Shown here in pieces: positions 10,306 through 18,801 of a DNA stretch of 37,975 bases. The stretch covers positions 1 to 37,975 of the forward strand of contig JBBTYF010000040.1 of NCBI GenBank assembly GCA_038061935.1, read 5' to 3'. A program made the position numbers and the translations under genes. The notes beneath the pieces were generated by a model. That model worked only from the letters and a program-made list of their open reading frames with translations. It was not told where the DNA came from and did no database searches. This DNA comes from Patescibacteria group bacterium (GTDB taxonomy: Bacteria; Patescibacteriota; Minisyncoccia; Minisyncoccales; MHMH01). Positions within the stretch are counted from its first letter, which is position 1, and every line of letters starts with the position of its first letter.

Positions 10306-11094
10306 TTAAAATTTAGCGCCCTGTAAAGATTCTCCGCACGAACATTTTCTTTGCGTTTTAATTTTCGGGATAGCGGCAAGCAGAAGATTTTTAATCTTCT
10401 CTGTATTCTTTTTCATTGTTTTTAAAACTTCTCCTAAATTAACCGGATGAAGCTGCCAGACATCGTAATCAGTCACCATAGACAGGTTTAAATAACAAAT
10501 TTCCAATTCCCTGGCCAGGGTTGCTTCGGGGCAAAGCGTCATGCCGATGATATCGGCAAAATTTCTGAAAAATCTTGATTCGGCTCTAGTGGAAAATCTC
10601 GGCCCTTCAATACACCAATAGGTTCCTGTTTGATGCGACGGGACCTTCAAGCGCTTCGCCTCTTTACCGAATAAACTTCTTAATTCCGGACAAAAAGGAT
10701 CAGCCAGAGAGACGTGGACTGCTTCGTTGTCATAAAACGTGTAATCTCTCTTTTTGGTAAAATCTATAAACTGATCGGAAATAACAATATCGCCTGGCCT
10801 GAATTCTTTTTTAAGAGAACCCACGGCCGAAATGCCAATAATTCTTTCCACACCCAACTGCTTTAAAGCCCAAATGTTCGCTCTTTGAGGAACCTTGTGC
10901 GGAGGAAATTGGTGCTTTTTTCCATGACGAGACAAAAAAGCGACTTTTTGCCCGTGGAAATCGGCAACGATAATCGGAGAGGACGGATAGCCGAAAGGAG
11001 TTTTAATATTAACTTCCTTAATCTTTTTGAAAAACTTAGGGCCCTCCAGTCCGCTCCCGCCGATAATGGCTATTTTTACCTTAGAATCCTTCAT
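10306..11094 (-). CDS. mtnP: S-methyl-5'-thioadenosine / purine nucleoside phosphorylase
   Basis: KIAIIGGSGL N-terminus, FLSRHG and AVGSL motifs typical of MTAP-type PNP. Confidence 0.85.
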   Translation of the reverse strand: MKDSKVKIAIIGGSGLEGPKFFKKIKEVNIKTPFGYPSSPIIVADFHGQKVAFLSRHGKKHQFPPHKVPQRANIWALKQLGVERIIGISAVGSLKKEFRPGDIVISDQFIDFTKKRDYTFYDNEAVHVSLADPFCPELRSLFGKEAKRLKVPSHQTGTYWCIEGPRFSTRAESRFFRNFADIIGMTLCPEATLARELEICYLNLSMVTDYDVWQLHPVNLGEVLKTMKKNTEKIKNLLLAAIPKIKTQRKCSCGESLQGAKF

Positions 11095-12119
11095 AGAATT
11101 ATTTTTTTATTTCGATAATTTACGATAATTTTATTTTCTTTAATCACCCTTCCGATGACGCCTGATCCCACTTTCAATTTTTTTAATAAATCTAGAATTT
11201 TATTCTTGTCTTCTTTTTGAACAACAACTGCAAACCCCCAACCCATATTAAAGGTCTTAAACATTTCACAACTTGAAATCTTTCCTGTTTCCTGAATTAA
11301 ACGAAAGATTGGTTGAGGTTTAAAATTGAAAAATTCAAAACCAAAATTCCCCATTAGCTTTTTAAATTTCAAATAGGCATCGCCGGTAATGTTCACCGCT
11401 CCTGAAATTTTAAATTTCTCCGCCACTTTTAAAAAGGGCTTAGTGTAGATTTTAGTCGGTTCAAGACACTCATAAATCAGAAATTGTTTTAGTCCTTTCG
11501 GTTTATCGAATATACCGTACTTGCCGCCCCATTTTGTAAAAAGAATTTTCCTCAAAAGAGTAATACCGTTAGAATGGACGCCTGAACTCCGAAAACCGAT
11601 TATAATCTCTCCTGGTTTTATTTCTTGCCCGGTAATGATATTTTTCTTTTCGACCGTACCAACGCAATCACAATTGATATAATAAGCGGTATTTAATAAT
11701 TCGGGTACGTCGGCTGTTTCTCCTCCTATAATCGGACAATTCGCCTCTTTCGCCCCCCTTATCAATCCTTTTTGAATCTTTTTTAATAATTTCTGCTCCG
11801 ATTTTTTGATATCAATTATATCGGTAATAGCTATGGGTTTGGCCCCAGATCTAATGCAATCGTTTACCACCATTGCCACGGCATCAATCCCGATAGTGTC
11901 GTGCTTGTTTGCTAATTCAGCTAAAAGAACCTTGGTTCCTACGCCATCAGCTGTTTTAACTTGATATTTATTTTTGGCAACGGGATAAAGAATATTAAAA
12001 GGGGTTTTTATTATTTTCCCGTATTGGCTAAATTTAAAAGTTGATCTAAAATCTTTCAAAGATTTCTTTGCTTTTTCTCTTAATTTTCGACTGACGCCAG
12101 CTTGAGCGTAGGTTCTCAT
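11091..12119 (-). CDS. purM: Phosphoribosylformylglycinamidine cyclo-ligase (AIR synthase, PurM family)
   Basis: YAQAGVS, TADGVGTK, HDTIGIDAVAMVVND and IGGETA motifs. Confidence 0.75.
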   Translation of the reverse strand: MRTYAQAGVSRKLREKAKKSLKDFRSTFKFSQYGKIIKTPFNILYPVAKNKYQVKTADGVGTKVLLAELANKHDTIGIDAVAMVVNDCIRSGAKPIAITDIIDIKKSEQKLLKKIQKGLIRGAKEANCPIIGGETADVPELLNTAYYINCDCVGTVEKKNIITGQEIKPGEIIIGFRSSGVHSNGITLLRKILFTKWGGKYGIFDKPKGLKQFLIYECLEPTKIYTKPFLKVAEKFKISGAVNITGDAYLKFKKLMGNFGFEFFNFKPQPIFRLIQETGKISSCEMFKTFNMGWGFAVVVQKEDKNKILDLLKKLKVGSGVIGRVIKENKIIVNYRNKKIIL

Positions 12120-12123
12120 AATT

Positions 12124-12918
12124 TTATATTCTAAATAATAATTTGGCGTTCTGGGTGGTGGTTTTAGCTATTTCTTTGTAACTTAAACCTTTTATTTTGG
12201 CAATTTTTTCTGCGACATATTTCACATAAGAAGGTTCGTTTCGTCCTTCCATCGGCTTTGGCGTTAAATAGGGGCAATCGGTTTCAAGTAAAATCTTATC
12301 TAGCGGCGCTTTCTTGATGACTTCTTCTAGATCCATTTTAAAGATAATGCCGTTGATCCCTAAGCAAAAACCCATCTCCATGTATTTTTGCGCTTGAGTC
12401 CAAGTGCCAGTAAAACAATGTATTACTCCCCTCAATCCATTGCCCCTGGCCTTCAATTCGCTTATCAAGTCTTCATGTGCCATACGACAGTGAATAATAA
12501 CGGGCAAGTCCAATTCTTCAGCTAGATCTAATTGCTTTAAAAATACTTGTTTTTGCTTTTCTCTGAATAAAACATACTCTAACTTATAATCTAAACCGAT
12601 CTCTCCGATAGCAACTACTTTATTTGACTTAGCTAGCTCTTTATATTTTGCACGATCAAACTCTTCCCCAGAATGAATGGGGTGGAGCCCGATTGCGGCG
12701 AAAACTCCTGTTTCGTATTTCCCAGCCATCTCCACCGCTCTTTGGCTTGTCGAATACTGCGAGCCGACGTTAATCATCCAAACGCCGTTATCCAAAGAAC
12801 GCTGAAGAACCTTTGAGCCGTCTTCTTTATAGATATTAAAATTAAGATGGGCGTGAGTATCAATCCATTCGATTTTCCTCAGGATTGATGCTGAACGCCT
12901 TGAAGCATCAATTAGCAT
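12124..12918 (-). CDS. tatD: TatD-family metal-dependent hydrolase/DNase
   Basis: IDTHAHL, IGEIGLDY, IIHCR and LETDCPYL motifs. Confidence 0.85.
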   Translation of the reverse strand: MLIDASRRSASILRKIEWIDTHAHLNFNIYKEDGSKVLQRSLDNGVWMINVGSQYSTSQRAVEMAGKYETGVFAAIGLHPIHSGEEFDRAKYKELAKSNKVVAIGEIGLDYKLEYVLFREKQKQVFLKQLDLAEELDLPVIIHCRMAHEDLISELKARGNGLRGVIHCFTGTWTQAQKYMEMGFCLGINGIIFKMDLEEVIKKAPLDKILLETDCPYLTPKPMEGRNEPSYVKYVAEKIAKIKGLSYKEIAKTTTQNAKLLFRI

Positions 12919-13837
12919 TGTTGTTTTTTCTTAATTTCTGCCAAGAAAGCAAAATTGAAATTACTAAAGTGGCTAAAATAAAAACTAAGGAAAAAACTAA
13001 TGGAATATGATAAATCTGGTTAAAAATCATCTTAAAACCGACGAACGCCAGCAGGGTTATAATAGCTTTTTCCAAATAAATAAACTTTGGCAAAAGAGTG
13101 ATCAAAAAGAAATAAAGAGCTCTTAACCCAAGAATAGCGAAAGCATTTGAAGTATAAGCCAAAAACGGGTCTTGAGTAATAGCTAAAACCGCGGGCACGG
13201 AATCCAGGGCGAAAACCAAATCGGAACTCTCTATTAAAATCAGCGCTATAAAAAGAGGGGTAAAATGGAGCTTTCTTTCTTTTCTTATGCAAAATTTATT
13301 TTCTTTGCAATCATCTGCTATAGGAATAAATCTTTTGACAATCTTTAAAAATAAACTCTTCTGAGGGTCTATCTTCTCGCCCTTTTGGACAAGCAGCTTG
13401 AAAGCGGTAAAAACTAAGAATGCTCCGAAAATGTAAAAAAGGAAATCAAATTTTTGCAAAACCCAGATGCCTCCGAAAATAAAAGCGGCCCGCATCAAAA
13501 AAGCGCCCAGAATCCCGAGTTTCAAAACTTTCTGCTGAGAAACAACCGGAAGATTGAAATAAGAGAAAATGACCAAAAAGACAAAGAGATTATCCAGACT
13601 TAATGATTTTTCTAATAAATAAGCGGTAAAAAACTCCGCAGCTTTTCCGTGCCCTAAGAAAAAATAAATCAGGAGGTTGAAAAAGAGGGCCAAGCCGACC
13701 CATCCTAACGTCCAAAAACCCGCCTCTTTCATAGAAAGCTCTCTTTTTCTTCTCCCCTGGAGATAAAGGTCAAAAAAAACGGCTCCGAGAATAAAAATTG
13801 AAAATAAAACCCAAAAGATTTGTGGAGTAAAAATCAT
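12908..13837 (-). CDS. TerC-family integral membrane protein
   Basis: Multi-TM protein with SLDNLFVF and SVPAVLAIT TerC-type motifs. Confidence 0.8.
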   Translation of the reverse strand: MIFTPQIFWVLFSIFILGAVFFDLYLQGRRKRELSMKEAGFWTLGWVGLALFFNLLIYFFLGHGKAAEFFTAYLLEKSLSLDNLFVFLVIFSYFNLPVVSQQKVLKLGILGAFLMRAAFIFGGIWVLQKFDFLFYIFGAFLVFTAFKLLVQKGEKIDPQKSLFLKIVKRFIPIADDCKENKFCIRKERKLHFTPLFIALILIESSDLVFALDSVPAVLAITQDPFLAYTSNAFAILGLRALYFFLITLLPKFIYLEKAIITLLAFVGFKMIFNQIYHIPLVFSLVFILATLVISILLSWQKLRKNNNAN

Positions 13838-13839
13838 AA

Positions 13840-15300
13840 TTATTTGAAACGAGGAAAAAGCGGTTCGCTCTTTTTATTCTTTAATTGCTTAAGTATCTTC
13901 TCCGAAGTTTCTGGCATAAACGGCTCCAAAAACTTGGCTATTTCTTCAATTAAAAACAACAAGCTGCTGATTATATCTTTCTGTTTGTCGCTTTTCTCCC
14001 ATAGCTTATTTTTTTCTACCTCCTGATCGCAAAATTTAATCAATAACCAGATCGCTGCCAGAGCCATAGAAAACTCAAACCTCTCCAGTGATTCTTTATA
14101 TTTTTCTTTCGAATCTTGTAAAGCAATTTTATATTCGGCGATCAGGCTTTTTTCGTTCCCGATCTTTTTTGTTTTCGTAACCTGGGCCAATTTTTCTACC
14201 CGGGCAACCAGATTGCCCAACCCACTTGCCAGATCACCATTGTATCTTTCTTTGAATTTCTCTTCAGAAAAATCACCATCTTCAGTGGCAGGAATCTCCC
14301 GCAGGAGAAAGTACCTCACAGCGTCAACGCCGTATTTCTTTACCAATTCAAAAGGATCAACCACATTGCCTAGGCTCTTGGACATCTTTTGTCCACCAGA
14401 ATTAATAAAACCGTGAACGAATATCTTTTTGGGCAAGGATAGTTTTAAAGATAAGAGTATTCCTAACCAAATTATCGCATGAAATTTTAAAATATCCTTA
14501 CCAACACAATGCACGCTAGCTGGCCAATATTTTTTGGGATAAAGATAATTTACTAAAGCGTCCGCCCAAACATAAATTGTCTGAGAATCATCGCCTGGCA
14601 CAGGTATCCCCCACCCCAGTTTTTCTTTAGGTCTAGAAAAACTTATATCTCGTAATTTACCGTCACGGCCTGTCCACTGCTCAATCATTTTCAAAATTTC
14701 GTTCTTCCTTTCTTTCGGAATAATTTCTACTTCGTTGTTTTCAATAGCGTTTTTAATGTTATTTGTATATTTAGAAAGTTTAAAAAAATAGTTTTTTTCT
14801 TTTACACACTCTCCGACTTGATTATGAGTTAAACATTTAGGAGTTCCGGCGAAATTCGCTGGAGACATCACCTTTACGTCATTTTTATCAAAAATAAAAG
14901 CTTCGCAACCAGAACAATACCAGCCTTCGTAGTCCCCAAACTCTATATCTTTTTGCCTTTCTAACCCCTGCCAAACCTCCCTTACGCCTGGCCAATGCCT
15001 TTTTTGGTCAGTAGTTCGGATAAAATCGTTATTAGACAAATGAAGAATTTTCGTTAAATTCTCGAACTTCCCAGAAATTTCGTCGGTAAAATCTTTGGGT
15101 GTTTTACCGGCGGCCTGAGCGGCTTTAACGATCTTTGCGCCGTGCTCGTCGGTGCCGGTCAGGAAAAAAACATCGTCACCCGATTGCCGGCGATAGCGCG
15201 CCACAACATCGGCCTGAACCAACTCTAAAGCATACCCGATATGAGGCGGGGCGTTGGTGTAAGCGATGCTAGTTGTGATATAAAATTTCGGCTTAGACAT
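13840..15300 (-). CDS. metG: Methionyl-tRNA synthetase (short form)
   Basis: The N-terminus YITTSIAYTNAPPHIGY carries a HIGH-position motif that here reads HIGY. KMSKSLGN is present, and there are Cys knuckles (CSGCE...). Confidence 0.93.
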   Translation of the reverse strand: MSKPKFYITTSIAYTNAPPHIGYALELVQADVVARYRRQSGDDVFFLTGTDEHGAKIVKAAQAAGKTPKDFTDEISGKFENLTKILHLSNNDFIRTTDQKRHWPGVREVWQGLERQKDIEFGDYEGWYCSGCEAFIFDKNDVKVMSPANFAGTPKCLTHNQVGECVKEKNYFFKLSKYTNNIKNAIENNEVEIIPKERKNEILKMIEQWTGRDGKLRDISFSRPKEKLGWGIPVPGDDSQTIYVWADALVNYLYPKKYWPASVHCVGKDILKFHAIIWLGILLSLKLSLPKKIFVHGFINSGGQKMSKSLGNVVDPFELVKKYGVDAVRYFLLREIPATEDGDFSEEKFKERYNGDLASGLGNLVARVEKLAQVTKTKKIGNEKSLIAEYKIALQDSKEKYKESLERFEFSMALAAIWLLIKFCDQEVEKNKLWEKSDKQKDIISSLLFLIEEIAKFLEPFMPETSEKILKQLKNKKSEPLFPRFK

Positions 15301-15344
15301 GCTATAGTGAGTCTATGCTCAATATATCGGGCACATTACCCGCT
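15301..15344 (-). promoter_or_regulatory. Conserved upstream element, copy B (in front of metG)
   Basis: The minus strand reads TTATAG-CGGGTAATGTGCCCG-ATATATTGAGCAT-AGAC-TCACTAT-AGC-ATG. It shares a 17/18-nt block and a small hairpin with 21724-21760. TTATAG-16-TATATT resembles a sigma70 promoter. Confidence 0.45.
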
Positions 15345-15388
15345 ATAATTATAATTAGTTTATCTTATCATATTTTTATTAAAATTAA

Positions 15389-15856
15389 ATGATTTTAACT
15401 CCTCACATCTTGGTGGGCGTAGCCATCGCAACCAAAGTCCAAAATCCGATTTTAGGACTTGTTTTTGTTTTATTAAGCCATTATTTCTTAGATCTTTTCC
15501 CGCACAATGAATATTCGATTAAGAACATCCGAGGCGGACGATGGTCAGTGTCCCTGCCGGATTTTTTAAAAGCGTTTTTAGATATTGCCTTAGCCCTGGT
15601 GATTATTTCTTTTACGGCGGGCTTCTCCCCGATGATCATAACTGCTGTTGCCGTGTCGATTCTTCCCGACGGCCTCACCTTGCTCCAGTGCATCTTCCCT
15701 GAAAATAAATTACTAATAAAACATTTAAAAATACATTGGGCGATCAACGACGTCAGCGAAAATAAAAAAATCCCCGATGTTATGGGGATTATCAGCCAAG
15801 TTCTTGTTGCGGCCATAGCTATTTATCTCCTACTACAACCACGAACTCTCCTCTAA
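15389..15856 (+). CDS. Small membrane protein, possibly YdjM/DUF457-like
   Basis: 155 aa with 4-5 TM segments. The N-terminus MILTPHILVG and SHYFLDLFPH resemble the His/Asp motifs of DUF457. It is the only plus-strand ORF in this stretch, and its 3' end overlaps rsmI convergently. Confidence 0.4.
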   Translation: MILTPHILVGVAIATKVQNPILGLVFVLLSHYFLDLFPHNEYSIKNIRGGRWSVSLPDFLKAFLDIALALVIISFTAGFSPMIITAVAVSILPDGLTLLQCIFPENKLLIKHLKIHWAINDVSENKKIPDVMGIISQVLVAAIAIYLLLQPRTLL

Positions 15857-16490
15857 TTTCGTCTTTCGCTAATCCAGCTAAAATATCTTTGGCTGAACCC
15901 CGATAAATCGTTTCGAATTTCTTGGTCAACTCGCGGCAAACTACAATTTTTCTCTCCGTCAATAAAGCAATCTCCTCGAGAGTTTTTATAATGCGGTAAG
16001 GCGATTCGTAGAGTATCGTCGGATACTTCGAACTAATCGCTTCTTCAAAAAACTTTTTTCTCTTTTTCTTGACGGGCGGAAAACCTAAAAACACAAATTT
16101 ATCCATCGGGAATCCGGAAATGGACGCAGCGGCGGTCAGGGCTGACGGACCGGGAATCGGTATGGTTGTTAATTGTCCAATTGTCCAATTGTTCAATTGT
16201 TCAATTAAGCGGTTCCCCGGATCGGATATCCCGGGCGTTCCTGCGTCAGAAACCAAAGCAAGGTTTTTTCCATTACTAAGAAGCTGGATAATCTCTTCAA
16301 TCTTTTTAATTTCGGTGTGCTGATGATAGCTCGTGGTTTTGGTTTTAATTTCGTAACGAGTAAGGAGTTTTTGAGTTATCCTCGTATCTTCACACAAAAT
16401 TAAATCAACCTCCGATAATATTCGGAGGGCGCGCTTAGAAAGATCTTCTAAATTCCCGATAGGGGTAGCGACGATATAAAGAATACCCAT
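15819..16490 (-). CDS. rsmI: 16S rRNA (cytidine1402-2'-O)-methyltransferase
   Basis: GILYIVATPIGNLEDLS...LCEDTR, DAGTPGISDPG and IPGPSA motifs. Confidence 0.9.
   Translation of the reverse strand: MGILYIVATPIGNLEDLSKRALRILSEVDLILCEDTRITQKLLTRYEIKTKTTSYHQHTEIKKIEEIIQLLSNGKNLALVSDAGTPGISDPGNRLIEQLNNWTIGQLTTIPIPGPSALTAAASISGFPMDKFVFLGFPPVKKKRKKFFEEAISSKYPTILYESPYRIIKTLEEIALLTERKIVVCRELTKKFETIYRGSAKDILAGLAKDEIRGEFVVVVGDK
16170..16209 (-). repeat. Five tandem 8-nt units inside rsmI
   Basis: The plus strand reads TAATTGTC CAATTGTC CAATTGTT CAATTGTT CAATTAAG, with each unit built around the palindrome CAATTG. It encodes LIEQLNNWTIGQL. Confidence 0.85.
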
Positions 16491-16495
16491 TTATA

Positions 16496-17533
16496 TTACA
16501 AAACAACGGCTTGTTCTTTCTCTTCTTTCCGCTTTTTCAAAAAATCGCGGAGGAATTCAAAAAGAATTCCAGCGAGAGGAATAGCCAAGAGCGCTCCCAT
16601 CAAGCCCCATAATTTTGCTCCTATCATCAACGAAACCAGCACCAAAACGGGCGGCAATCCGACGAATTTCTTCGTTAAAACCGGGCTCAAAATATTGCCT
16701 TCAATTTGCTGAATAATAATAAAGGTGATAACAAAAAACACGGCCTTAGTCCAAGAAGTCGCCGCCACCAAGATGGCGACAGCCACTGCGACAATAACCG
16801 GACCAATAATAGGAATCGCATTTAGAAAGCCGGACAAAAGCCCGAAAGAAACAGCGTATTTGATATTTAAGGCGTAGCATGTCACATAGGTCGTAACGCC
16901 GACAAATAGACAGCATAAAATCCTTGAACCAAACCAGCCGCTTACTTTTTTCTGAGACCTTGCCCAGTGACTCAAGGCGAATGCCTCATATTTTTTAGGA
17001 ACCAGGCTGCCGATTACCCTATCTAAACCCTTTTCTTCTAGAGAAAGAAAAAGAGCAATGGTAAAAATGGTCACGGCTGACATAATTCCTCCAAAAATTG
17101 CACCCACAGCGCTAAAAATATTAGACGAAGCCTTGATTAGTTCCTGTTCGAAAATTTTAGTGAAAGCGTCGATATTTTTAAAAGCTTCGATGCCTAATCC
17201 CCGAAGCGGTGTTGATAGTTTATCAAAATATTCCGGGAAGAATTGAGAAAACTGCTGAATTTCCGCCACAAAGATAGGAGCAATGGAATAAACAAGAAAA
17301 CCGATGGTGATAAAAAGAGACACATAAATCAAAACAGTGGCCAATACCCTGGGGAAGCGCTTCTTCTGTAAAAAATCGACGGCCGGATTGAATAAAACCG
17401 AAATAATCAGGCCGAAAATCACCCAAATTAAAATATCTCTTATTAAGTAAATAAGATAAAAGGTCAAAAAGGCTACAGCCATTTTTAAGATCGTTTCCCA
17501 GGAAATATCGAGTACCCTCGATTGATTCGTCAT
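16496..17533 (-). CDS. AI-2E/PerM-family transporter (UPF0118)
   Basis: 345 aa with about 8 TM segments. The C-terminal region IEGNILSPVL...GLPPVLVL is typical of the family. Confidence 0.8.
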   Translation of the reverse strand: MTNQSRVLDISWETILKMAVAFLTFYLIYLIRDILIWVIFGLIISVLFNPAVDFLQKKRFPRVLATVLIYVSLFITIGFLVYSIAPIFVAEIQQFSQFFPEYFDKLSTPLRGLGIEAFKNIDAFTKIFEQELIKASSNIFSAVGAIFGGIMSAVTIFTIALFLSLEEKGLDRVIGSLVPKKYEAFALSHWARSQKKVSGWFGSRILCCLFVGVTTYVTCYALNIKYAVSFGLLSGFLNAIPIIGPVIVAVAVAILVAATSWTKAVFFVITFIIIQQIEGNILSPVLTKKFVGLPPVLVLVSLMIGAKLWGLMGALLAIPLAGILFEFLRDFLKKRKEEKEQAVVL

Positions 17534-17535
17534 AA

Positions 17536-18801
17536 TTATAACTTTAATATTTTCTCGAAAAGACTTTTGTCTTTGAACGGTCCCACCAGGGCTAAGTTGA
17601 GGTTTTTGGGCTGAAAAACGTCCCGAGCGACCTTCAAAATGTCTTGAAGGGAGACTTGATCAATTTTAGCATATATTTCCTTTGGTGTTAAAATCTTTTT
17701 TTCTGAAAGCTCCTGCATCCCGTAAAAAAGAGACAAATCATCCGAACCTTCCAAAACAAGGGCCGTCTTCCCCTTGATGTAATCTTTGGCCTTTTTCAAT
17801 TCTCCGGCGGTTATTTTCTCTTGTGAAATTTTCCGATATTCCTTCAGAATAGTGGCAACGGCTTTCTCCACGTTCTTGTTATCCACGCCGGCTCGGGTCG
17901 CTAAAAATCCCGTGTCAGAGTCGGCCTCAGAGTCAGTTTTTATATAATACGCCAGCCCTAATTTCTCCCTGACTTCAATGAAAAGCCGGGAGCTCATCAT
18001 GCCGCCTAAAATTACGCTTAAAACCTCCTGCGCATATTTCTGGGGATGAAAAATATTATACCCCCTCACGCCCAAGCAAAGGTGAGTCTGATCGGTTTCT
18101 TTAAAATGGACTAGCAATTCCGGCCGCGTTTGTCTTTCGACAACCTTTTCTTTCCCTCCGGGTTTCATGTTTTTTATTCCGGCAAAACTCTTTTTTACTT
18201 CATTAATAGCCCGCGCTTCCTTTATATTACCCGCGACGCAAACAACAGTATTTTGAGCAACATACTGACTCGCCATGTATTTCGCCAATTTCTCGCGGTC
18301 CATTCGGCTCACGGTCTCTTTGGTGCCGGCAATGTCCCAACCGGCCGGCTGATCGCCATAAAGCAGTTTTGACCATAAGGTGGAGACATAAGCCATCGGG
18401 TTGTCATAGATCATATTAATTTCCTCGGTGATCACGCCTTTTTCCTTGGCGATTTCCTGCGCAGGCAGAAGACTATTAAGGTAAATGTCCGAAACCCAGT
18501 CTAAAGCCAAATCGAAGTTAGTGGCCGCCACTTTGGCGAAATATCCCGTGCACTCTTCTCCGGTAAAGGCGTTATAAATACCTCCAACCTTATCCAAAGT
18601 TTCGGCAATCGTTATTTTATCCGGCTTTTTCTTGGTACCCTTAAAAAACATGTGCTCCAGAAAATGCGAGATGCCACTGACTTCTTTTGTTTCGTATTTG
18701 GAACCCGTGCCCACTAATGCCAAAACCGTCACGGCCTGCGTGCTTTTCTGCGGGACGGTAATAATCCTTAGTCCGTTTTTTAGAGTGGTTTTTTTAAACA
18801 T
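17536..18801 (-). CDS. M16-family (pitrilysin/insulinase-like) zinc peptidase
   Basis: Inverted zinc motif HFLEH followed by ...FKGT. The two-domain length of 421 aa fits the family. Confidence 0.85.
   Translation of the reverse strand: MFKKTTLKNGLRIITVPQKSTQAVTVLALVGTGSKYETKEVSGISHFLEHMFFKGTKKKPDKITIAETLDKVGGIYNAFTGEECTGYFAKVAATNFDLALDWVSDIYLNSLLPAQEIAKEKGVITEEINMIYDNPMAYVSTLWSKLLYGDQPAGWDIAGTKETVSRMDREKLAKYMASQYVAQNTVVCVAGNIKEARAINEVKKSFAGIKNMKPGGKEKVVERQTRPELLVHFKETDQTHLCLGVRGYNIFHPQKYAQEVLSVILGGMMSSRLFIEVREKLGLAYYIKTDSEADSDTGFLATRAGVDNKNVEKAVATILKEYRKISQEKITAGELKKAKDYIKGKTALVLEGSDDLSLFYGMQELSEKKILTPKEIYAKIDQVSLQDILKVARDVFQPKNLNLALVGPFKDKSLFEKILKL

Noticed and set aside
10239-10379. 47-codon N-terminal extension of leuS given by the ORF track (MPLSRKLKRKENV...)
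   Set aside because: It overlaps the 3' end of mtnP and has no LeuS-like sequence. The conserved LeuS N-terminus METYNPQEIEPKWQ starts at the ATG at 10238.
15302-15313. Exact 12-nt match to the T7 RNA polymerase promoter core, GACTCACTATAG, one nt upstream of the metG ATG on the correct strand
   Set aside because: It is striking, but the upstream AT-rich recognition part (TAATAC) does not match. The paralogous copy at 21724-21733 keeps only TCACTAT. No phage-type RNAP is in view. I treat it as part of the shared upstream element rather than a phage promoter.
15301-15388. T-box or other riboswitch leader in front of metG (and the other aaRS genes)
   Set aside because: The leaders are 0-25 nt and the whole spacer is 88 nt, shared with a divergent gene. 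There is no specifier-loop or T-box sequence. The other synthetase genes have no leader at all.
15481-15816. 111-aa minus-strand ORF between rsmI and metG
   Set aside because: It is antisense to the longer 155-aa plus-strand membrane ORF, which has coherent TM segments and a His/Asp motif. The minus-strand ORF is basic and of low complexity. Confidence in either is modest.
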